A stretch of 64,000 nucleotides of DNA from a virus (taxonomy: Duplodnaviria > Caudoviricetes). The notes under the pieces are model-generated. The model searched no databases. It worked only from the letters and a program-made list of their open reading frames with translations, and was not told the origin of the DNA. The DNA is taken from the IMG/VR virus record IMGVR_UViG_3300011116_001227; one strand, given 5' to 3'. Shown piece by piece: positions 57,801 through 64,000 of the stretch (position 1 is the stretch's first letter; each line of letters opens with the position of its first letter). A program made the position numbers and the translations under genes.

Positions 57801-58900
57801 ATCTTCTTGCAGGAAACGGAATCAGCATCACCACAGGATCTTCGGGTGCCATCACAATTACGAACGATGGAACAGTCGGTGATATTACTGGAGTTACTGC
57901 GGGAACAGGATTAACTGGGGGTGGTTTAAGCGGATCTGTTAGCTTGACAATCAATAATTCGATTGTTGCGACAGTTAGCGGAACAACTTTCACCGGTGCA
58001 ACAAAACACAATGCAGGACTTAGTGGTTCTTTAACAAGTTTAACAGATGGTACTTCTTATTTGATTGCGGGTAGTAATTTAACAATATCTACGGGATCAA
58101 ATGGAGCAGTGACAATTAATTCTTTGTCTGCTTCTTACATTAACAGCTTAAATCAAAATGTAGCAATTACAGGAAGTTTAACTGTCGGCAGCACTATTGC
58201 TGATACTCCATCTACTGAAAATACTTTAAATATCTACCCACCGAGCGGGGCTCCATCTAATGAAGGAGGACAGTTACTGCTTGCAGCACCAGGAGGTCTT
58301 TATACGTCAGCTTCCATGTTAGACACATTTCAAAATACCTTTAGAATTTTAAAGGGTACTAACACTAGCGGAAGTAGCACATCATACTTCAATTTAGATT
58401 TAAATAATGGAAACATAACGTCTGTTGGTTCAATAACACCTGGGTCTTATAATCCTGGCGATATTATTCAAATGAGAGCTTTTAAACCGGGAGATTCTGG
58501 CGTATACACAGCAGGTACAGCAGCAACAAGTAATTCAAATGAATGTTTTTTTAGTTGTAGTTTTACACCAAGAAGTACAACAAGCTATCTTGTAGTTGAA
58601 ATGTGTGCCAAATACGAATGCAAAGCAGGTGCCGCGGACAATGATGATTATTTATCTACATTGACGATTAACGGACCCTCAGGAACTGAAATAGGATTTT
58701 CATACCAAAGATTTTCATTAGTAGGTGGCGGCGACAGAAGCGGTGTGTTATTCCCATTAACAGGAAGATACACTAACACAAGCACTACTGCAAAAACAAT
58801 ATGTGCCAACGTAAGAAGATCTACTGCCGACGATAATATTGTTTTTGATAATGACAATCAAGGTAGTATGACAATGGTAGTTACAGAAATAGGAAGATAA
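54803..58900 (+). CDS. Long tail fibre/adhesin protein with internal repeats
   Basis: N-terminal KNYVD..LDWKQSVRAAS...DRVLLKNQT...ENGIY fibre domain; repeated GLSGSLTxLxDGxxYLxAG; C-terminal beta-sandwich-type tip ending EIGR. Confidence 0.8.
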   Translation: MGYRDSQRFRKVYGYYRPQPRPVDTGFTIDKNYVDEALQSLDWKQSVRAASTTSVSLNSPGLIDGVTLAEEDRVLLKNQTAGSENGIYIYYSASDALVRTLDAAQDSLTSGAAVYVEEGSLNSQTVWILSTYDPIVVGTTNLTWVQFPNASSISIFTQTGSYAKTTFSVSFDGSYTSQKGNDVFFFVSGTIGDIANKKISVFGGDLLVSGGLKVGDDINAESFFIRIPGSSLNSTPVGSITGSIQGIVLSSSQDIRFTVNSGSYNLATINDPSNYNYVFGTGSLVESILSAKYDGYSYYRKGFLFGSNVSISGTLDVSSIGTLRPGWNDERDADIYYNGVMLNDGSAITGDYEFIDSHTVLLNTASVGPVAGGDIITVVIKNADGAPYGMSYVPPPAVTMGGDVSGDSNSATVTRIRNRVVSPAGPTNGDIYIFNAYQNQWVPSGSIVTALFAGSGLNASKTTGSISINIDDSILATLSGATFTGPVNFNEGLSGSLTSLTDGSPYLIAGSNIIIATQSNGAISISSTASGTGGDSFFQSSINDSIFTTGSVAIRGTNSLISSSYNAGSDVFFYVSGSTNVSGSSAKIALFGGDLVTSGSISVSNGGSIVGNLTAVNNVGILGDLNVMSDALIAGDITGSFGLKIASGSSFGGVARFESGLSGSLTKLRDGSSYLIAGSNIIISSASNGAVTISSTASGTGGDSFFQSLVTGSIFTTGSVAIRGANTLISSSYSVGSDVFFYVSGSTNVTGSTAKVALFGGDIVTSGSISVSNGGSVVGNLTAVNNVGILGDLNVMSDALIAGDITGSASLRIASGSTFNGPAKFNSGLSGSLTNLSDGSSYIRAGSNITVSTSSNGSLTISSIASGASYFNSTTQGSIFTTGSVSFSGNQVGIDAPTDIGNDVFFYVSGSIGSKNTSTQGTAVFGGDVRVSGSLTVGTGSVTITSNDIQFGDSATKIEKSGNNLKISLSGGNLLIASGAISSNSGLTGSLTRLSDGTPYLLAGNGISITTGSSGAITITNDGTVGDITGVTAGTGLTGGGLSGSVSLTINNSIVATVSGTTFTGATKHNAGLSGSLTSLTDGTSYLIAGSNLTISTGSNGAVTINSLSASYINSLNQNVAITGSLTVGSTIADTPSTENTLNIYPPSGAPSNEGGQLLLAAPGGLYTSASMLDTFQNTFRILKGTNTSGSSTSYFNLDLNNGNITSVGSITPGSYNPGDIIQMRAFKPGDSGVYTAGTAATSNSNECFFSCSFTPRSTTSYLVVEMCAKYECKAGAADNDDYLSTLTINGPSGTEIGFSYQRFSLVGGGDRSGVLFPLTGRYTNTSTTAKTICANVRRSTADDNIVFDNDNQGSMTMVVTEIGR
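56377..57384 (+). repeat. Tandem 504-nt (168-aa) duplication inside the tail fibre gene
   Basis: CTCTTCGACAGCTTCGGGAACGGGAGGAGACAG starts at both 56377 and 56881; the units differ mostly at synonymous positions; end coordinate approximate. Confidence 0.9.
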
Positions 58901-59118
58901 TCAGCAAGGAGAATCATGTCAAAGATTGCGATTGATTGTCGCTGATCTATTTTTAAAATTAAAGAATCAGCAATAAAATACGTTAGATTAACTATAGCAA
59001 TGCTAAAGTGTCACGAGAGAATAGTTAAAGAGCCAGAAAATTGACTATTTTAACTTTAGCTATTTTAATTTTATACGAAAAACGCAATAATAATGGACTG
59101 TAAGTGTAAGAAGGAAAC

Positions 59119-59877
59119 ATGGCTGTTTTAGAGAGAGTCAGCTATAATAATGCTGAGTTGTTGAGAGTCGATTCAAATCCCAGCGGCTCTGTCACTGCTT
59201 TATATGGATCTCTTGCGGTTCTCATTACAACAGGTCAAGTATATAGAAATACTAACGGTGGAACTGCTTGGGAGCTAATAACTACTGGCGTTGGAATAGC
59301 TCCAAATCCGCAACCCGGAACAGGAACATCGAATCCTGCAGGTCTTGACTCTTATATACAGTACAACGACAATGGAATCTTGGGAGCAGATTCCAGCTTT
59401 ACGTTTAATAAAACGACAAAGACGTTGTCAGTCACAAATCTGTCGGGTTCTTTAACAAAACTTTCTGATGGATCTTCTTATCTTGTTGCTGGAAACAACG
59501 TAACAATTGTTTCTGGATCTAATGGATCAGTAGTTATCGCGGCAACGAGCGGTGGATCTGCGGCAGGAAATAATGCCGAGATTCAGTTTAACAATACTGG
59601 CTCTTTTGGATCATCTACTAACTTTACATTTGATTCTTCGTCTAATAATCTTTCATTAACCGGTTCATTTGGAATGAAAGGAAACATTATACCAGATGCA
59701 GACACTACCTACACGCTTGGAACATCAGAAAAGCGATGGGGACACATCTACACTGGCGATTTGCATCTCAGAAATGATCGTGGTGATTGGACAATAGTAG
59801 AAGAACCTGACTACCTGTGCGTTGTAAACAACAAAACAGGTAAAAAATATAAAATGATGCTCGAACCTGTTGATTGA
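59119..59877 (+). CDS. Short fibre-like virion protein
   Basis: SD AAGGA; IQYNDNG..GADSSFTF repeats; C-terminal LGTSEKRWGHIYTGDLHLRNDRGDWT...GKKYK module. Confidence 0.75.
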   Translation: MAVLERVSYNNAELLRVDSNPSGSVTALYGSLAVLITTGQVYRNTNGGTAWELITTGVGIAPNPQPGTGTSNPAGLDSYIQYNDNGILGADSSFTFNKTTKTLSVTNLSGSLTKLSDGSSYLVAGNNVTIVSGSNGSVVIAATSGGSAAGNNAEIQFNNTGSFGSSTNFTFDSSSNNLSLTGSFGMKGNIIPDADTTYTLGTSEKRWGHIYTGDLHLRNDRGDWTIVEEPDYLCVVNNKTGKKYKMMLEPVD

Positions 59878-59929
59878 TACTAAACATGAATACTTACTGC
59901 TGTCGTCAGAATTTTCACAGGAGTAAATC

Positions 59930-61942
59930 ATGGCTTTAGTCGGTCACATATCAGGAAGTACACAGTCCAATTCGGTAATTGGTATTTCAGGTTCAGTAAT
60001 AGTTGCAAATCGTCCTCAATCTTTGTTCCCGGCAATGCCTGGAACGGATGTTAAATTTTTCGTCTCTGGATCGTCTACCGCAACGCCATCAGACGTTGCG
60101 CTCTTTGGCGGAGATCTAATGGCTTCAGGTTCTTTCAACCTTAAGTCAGGCACGGGCGGTGCTTCACAATTCTCTGTTAGCTCAACAGGAGTGCTGGTAA
60201 ACACAGTTGCTGGAGCAAACACCTTCCAAATTGCTGCATCAACAGGCAACATCACCACATCCGGTGACATTGCTGTCAATGGTGGTGATATTACAACAAC
60301 ATCATCTTCGGCAACATTGTTCAGCTCTAACGCAACTAACGTTGCAATTGCATCGGCAGGTACTGCGGTCACCATCGGTTCCGCTGCCGGCACGGGAACA
60401 ACGACGGTTAACAACAGCCTCGCTGTTACAAAAAACGTAACAGTCACAGGTGATCTTACTGTCAACGGAGCAATGGTCACCGTCAACACAACAAATCTCG
60501 AAGTAAAAGATTCAGTGATCGGTCTCGGTTTTGCTTCCGGAACTATTGCTCAAACTGCAGGTGATCGTGGTTGGATCGGCGGTCTTGCCGGAACAAACAA
60601 CGTGATGAGCAAGTGGGATAATACAGCATCAGAGTTCGCATTCGCAACCACAACATCTTCTGCAACAGGAAGCTTTGCAATAACCGCTTATTCTAACCTT
60701 CATGCAGCAAACATCCAGGGTTCCATAGTTTCTGCAAGCCTTGGATTCTCAGGTTCTCATACAAAATTGGTGGATGGTACTTCAGCATTTATCGGAGGAA
60801 CTGGTGTTTCGATAACTTCACAATCTAACGGTGCAGTTACAATCTCAACAACAGGTGCATCGACAGTAGCCGGGTCTGATACTTGGGTTCAATACAACAA
60901 TGCCGGTGCGTTCGGCGCGGATGCAGATTTCAGATGGAACAATTCTTCAAAAGCACTAAGAGTTTCTGGTTCTTTTAGTCAAGGCGACAACACCGTAGCA
61001 TTTTTTGATTTTTCTCATGCAGAAGGTCAAAACTCTTTTGCCGGCGCGCAGTATTCTCATGCTGAAGGATCTAATACTGCCACAAACGGACTTTATTCAC
61101 ATGCTGAAGGTGTTCTATGCGCAACTTTCGCATCTGGTTCACATGCTGAAGGATATCTTTCTTTTACATATGGAGAGGGAGCCCATGCCGAAGGATATCA
61201 AACCGAAGCATCAGGAACTTATTCGCATACCGAAGGCAATCGGACCATTGCTTCCGGTTCATATCAAACTGTCATCGGTCAATTTAACAAACGTGGAAAC
61301 ACAAGCTCATTATTCGTTATCGGTAATGGTGCGGCAGACAATAACTCCTTTAGAAGCGATGTATTAAGGGTTGAACCAGGCACTTATAATGGAGGTGGTC
61401 GACTAGAAGTAACAGGGTCAATTGCAGCAACACTTGGATTGTCAGGATCTCTTACAAAATTAATAGACGGAACATCAGCATTCGTAGCAGGAACCGGTAT
61501 CGCAATTGCATCTGCTTCAAACGGCGCAGTTACAATCTCAGCCTCAGGTGGAGGAGGAGATGTAACAGGCCCAGGATCTTCCACACAATATGCAGTTGCT
61601 CTATTCAATGATACAACCGGTAAGGTCATAAGAAACTCTTCATTAACAACAGACGGAGTTGGTTCACTATGGATCTCCGGAACTCTTGGTGTTTCAGGAT
61701 CAACAACATTCGGAGCAACCGCTGTTCCATCTGCTGACATGGTATATAACCTTGGTTCACCATCTCTCAGGTGGGCAAACGTATACACCGGTGACTTGCA
61801 CCTCCGCAACGACCGCGGTGACTATACCCTCATCGAGGAAGAGGACTTCTTGACCATCAGATTCAATAAATCTGGAAAGAGATACAAGTTCGTTCTTGAA
61901 GCAGTCCCAGATTTTGACGAAGACCCACCAGTCATCTTCTGA
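59930..61942 (+). CDS. Fibre/adhesin protein with YadA/Hep-Hag-like SHAEG repeats
   Basis: SD AGGAG; six 14-aa H(A/T)EG repeats; same YTGDLHLRNDRGD C-terminal module. Confidence 0.8.
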   Translation: MALVGHISGSTQSNSVIGISGSVIVANRPQSLFPAMPGTDVKFFVSGSSTATPSDVALFGGDLMASGSFNLKSGTGGASQFSVSSTGVLVNTVAGANTFQIAASTGNITTSGDIAVNGGDITTTSSSATLFSSNATNVAIASAGTAVTIGSAAGTGTTTVNNSLAVTKNVTVTGDLTVNGAMVTVNTTNLEVKDSVIGLGFASGTIAQTAGDRGWIGGLAGTNNVMSKWDNTASEFAFATTTSSATGSFAITAYSNLHAANIQGSIVSASLGFSGSHTKLVDGTSAFIGGTGVSITSQSNGAVTISTTGASTVAGSDTWVQYNNAGAFGADADFRWNNSSKALRVSGSFSQGDNTVAFFDFSHAEGQNSFAGAQYSHAEGSNTATNGLYSHAEGVLCATFASGSHAEGYLSFTYGEGAHAEGYQTEASGTYSHTEGNRTIASGSYQTVIGQFNKRGNTSSLFVIGNGAADNNSFRSDVLRVEPGTYNGGGRLEVTGSIAATLGLSGSLTKLIDGTSAFVAGTGIAIASASNGAVTISASGGGGDVTGPGSSTQYAVALFNDTTGKVIRNSSLTTDGVGSLWISGTLGVSGSTTFGATAVPSADMVYNLGSPSLRWANVYTGDLHLRNDRGDYTLIEEEDFLTIRFNKSGKRYKFVLEAVPDFDEDPPVIF

Positions 61943-61968
61943 TTCTTAAAGTAACTCCTTACGATTGT

Positions 61969-62000
61969 AAGGGCAGTCACTTGTTGACTGCCCTTTTTTA
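61969..62000 (+). terminator. Rho-independent terminator
   Basis: AAGGGCAGTCA-cttgt-TGACTGCCCTT followed by a T-run, 27 nt after the stop. Confidence 0.9.
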
Positions 62001-62057
62001 TTTAAGCACTGTTTCAATTCAATCGAATAAATAGATAAAGGTGTTGCAAAATAATTT

Positions 62058-64000
62058 ATGGCTCTAGTAACGAATAATATATCGGGTTCATCGAGCAATT
62101 CTTCGAAAATAGGAATCACTGGAAGCGTGATAATTGGTAACGCTCCAAACAGTAGATTTCCCACATCTGGCACTGATACTGTCTTGTTTGTATCAGGATC
62201 AGACACAGCTAGATCTGTCTTTGGCGGCACTGCTGTCGTCTCAGGATCTCTGATCACTGACGGCAACGTTCAGATCGGAGATTCTAGCAATGACACGCTC
62301 ACCATCAATGCTTCAACTGTATCCATCCCGAATAACTTAAATTTTGATAGTAACACCCTTTATATCGATTCAACCAACAACAGGATCGGAATCGGCAAGG
62401 TTCCAAGTGTTACTCTCGATGTCTCAGGATCTCTTACTTCCAACGGAGCCGATCAACCTTCCACAATATTCAATGGTGACACTTTCGTTTCCGGTGCATT
62501 CGGAGTTTCCGATTACATCCAGATGAAACCAGTTGGGTCCCTTAGGATTCCAACCAACCAATCTGCATCATACATCTATACCTCAGGTTCCACGAACGAT
62601 CTATACTTCACGCAATATGCACCAGGAACTAATTACACCAACACGACACGCTTCAGGTGGTTAGAAGGAACTCTTCACACAGGACTTCTTCACGGCGGAG
62701 TTCTTTCAACTCAGACAGGTACAACAACATTCACCATTGCTGATGGTAGCGGCATCATCATAGCCTACAATGCTTCCACAACAAGTGAACCGTATCCAAC
62801 GATTCAATATGTAACATGGCCAACATATCTCAGCCAATCTCTTACGTACGTAACATCAAGCCAGATAACCTACATAGGAATCAATCCGTCTGGCGGGATA
62901 ATCCAGAGAACAACTGCTTTCAACGATGGTGATTATCTTGACTACATTTCTCTAGGCAGAATTCTTCATCAATCAGGATCTGTTACAAATGCTGCTGTTA
63001 CGAATCCAACGGTCGGATACGGAAACACACAACAGCACAGCCATTTCACACGGGCATTCGGACCATTAAAGATCTCTGGTCACACACTAGCAGCAAGCGG
63101 TTCGACACTAGGTTTAACAAAAACATCCGGTGATGCTTATGCTGAAGGAAGAAATTATCGAACTGATGCAGACGATCCAAACTATACTAAAGCCGCAACA
63201 GATTCAGCTGTAACTGTCTCAAAGATATATAAGCAATACTCAAGCGGATCTTCATACAGGATAGACACCGGCACTGCAAATGCCGGGTACACGGTAATAG
63301 ATCCTACGTTATATAATCCTAGTGGATTAGGTACTCTGTCAAGCGTCGCTGCAGGGCAATATTCTATTCAAAGAATCTATTGGTTCCCGAACTCCGTAGA
63401 CAGGGCTTTCTATGTTTATTATGGAAATGCAACTTATAACTCTTTAGATACGGCCGAAGTGGCTATCAACACTGAAACATTCACCGAGTCTGAAAACACA
63501 AGAACTTCAGCAATCTTGGTAGGCTACCTTCTAGTCAAAGGAAACGCCTCTGATCTCTCTGACACATCACAGGCAAGAATAGTTCAGGCGGGTCTCTTCA
63601 GGGGAGGTTCCCTTGGAGGGGGAAGCGGTGGAGCCGGATCGACAACTCCAGGAGGATTGGACACGTATGTTCAGTTCAATGACGGAGGTTCTACATTCGG
63701 CGGAGATGCAGAGTTTACCTACGACAAGACAACGAACACTCTTGCAGTTCCGAATATCTCTGTGACTGCACTGACGGCATCATTGACACAGGGAAGCGTT
63801 CTATTTTCAGGACCGAGCGGTGTTGTTACACAGGACAATACAAATTTATTCTGGGACGACACGAACAATTATTTAGGAATAGGAACAACAAGCCCTGCAA
63901 GACCGTTACACGTCAGCGCCGCGGGAGGATGGAGAGTATCTCTCACAACAAGTTCAACTGGGTTTGAATTTATCAACTTAAATTCAACAACATGGAGATT
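62058..64000 (+). CDS. Fibre-like virion protein, paralogue of 59930..61942; runs off the right edge (partial)
   Basis: Manual translation MALVTNNISGSSSNSSKIGITGSVIIGN... is open to the end of the window; the N-terminus parallels MALVGHISGSTQSNSVIGISGSVIVAN; contains YVQFNDGG..FGGDAEFTY. Confidence 0.85.
   Translation, partial: MALVTNNISGSSSNSSKIGITGSVIIGNAPNSRFPTSGTDTVLFVSGSDTARSVFGGTAVVSGSLITDGNVQIGDSSNDTLTINASTVSIPNNLNFDSNTLYIDSTNNRIGIGKVPSVTLDVSGSLTSNGADQPSTIFNGDTFVSGAFGVSDYIQMKPVGSLRIPTNQSASYIYTSGSTNDLYFTQYAPGTNYTNTTRFRWLEGTLHTGLLHGGVLSTQTGTTTFTIADGSGIIIAYNASTTSEPYPTIQYVTWPTYLSQSLTYVTSSQITYIGINPSGGIIQRTTAFNDGDYLDYISLGRILHQSGSVTNAAVTNPTVGYGNTQQHSHFTRAFGPLKISGHTLAASGSTLGLTKTSGDAYAEGRNYRTDADDPNYTKAATDSAVTVSKIYKQYSSGSSYRIDTGTANAGYTVIDPTLYNPSGLGTLSSVAAGQYSIQRIYWFPNSVDRAFYVYYGNATYNSLDTAEVAINTETFTESENTRTSAILVGYLLVKGNASDLSDTSQARIVQAGLFRGGSLGGGSGGAGSTTPGGLDTYVQFNDGGSTFGGDAEFTYDKTTNTLAVPNISVTALTASLTQGSVLFSGPSGVVTQDNTNLFWDDTNNYLGIGTTSPARPLHVSAAGGWRVSLTTSSTGFEFINLNSTTWR

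Noticed and set aside
58916-58945. Nine-codon ORF MSKIAIDCR with a good SD (AAGGAG)
   Set aside because: Too short to support. Reading through its TGA gives only about 43 codons with no recognisable motif, and TGA is a normal stop elsewhere.
967-62526. The many 60-160-aa ORFs nested in or antisense to long genes (e.g. 33721..34197, 60016..60489, 61384..61809, 61946..62266)
   Set aside because: They lack SDs and motifs and are explained as shadows of real genes, especially of Ser/Thr/Gly-rich ones.
1-64000. Stop-codon reassignment as seen in some jumbo phages
   Set aside because: Genes are full length and densely packed in the standard code, and TAA, TAG and TGA all end genes.
1-64000. CRISPR arrays, tRNA or rRNA genes
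   Set aside because: No regularly spaced repeat-spacer units or tRNA-like arms were seen by eye, and intergenic gaps are few and short. A tRNAscan/CRISPR-finder run would be needed to exclude them fully.
1-64000. Eukaryotic giant virus or bacterial chromosome origin, suggested by GT47, Uxs and the large sugar cluster
   Set aside because: The gp25- and gp6-like baseplate genes, fibres, gp55-like sigma, SD sites and overlapping start/stop codons indicate a tailed phage.

Overview
This window is a 64-kb piece of an AT-rich, large (probably jumbo) myovirus-like tailed phage genome. It uses the standard genetic code and has Shine-Dalgarno sites and tightly coupled operons. Block 1 (1-9549, mostly minus strand) holds two probable virion proteins, PIN-PhoH, a stand-alone sigma-70 region-4 protein, an Hc1-like histone, a DinG-like helicase, ClpP and a degenerate GroEL-like protein. 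Block 2 (9683-30325, plus strand) is a ~20.6-kb glycan-biosynthesis island of about a dozen glycosyltransferase-like genes, two methyltransferase domains, and nucleotide-sugar enzymes (Uxs-like SDR, HddA-like kinase, GmhA, HAD phosphatase, Glf, cytidylyltransferase, Ugd). Block 3 (30672-52923) has a gp55-like sigma factor and a contractile-tail baseplate module (gp25-like, baseplate J/gp6-like, LamG proteins). Block 4 (52924-54596) is an inverted accessory cassette (Pth2-like, NADAR, lipoprotein). Block 5 (54803-end) is a set of modular tail-fibre/adhesin paralogues. The best-supported hidden feature, missed by the ORF track, is a 258-nt self-splicing group I intron (27670-27927) interrupting a glycosyltransferase gene. 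Its IGS pairs with both exons and splicing restores MQKKTILMLSDHP-L-STSGVGTQ. A frameshifted Vsr/DUF559-like endonuclease remnant overlaps its 5' exon. All family assignments come from motif recognition by eye, without database searches.
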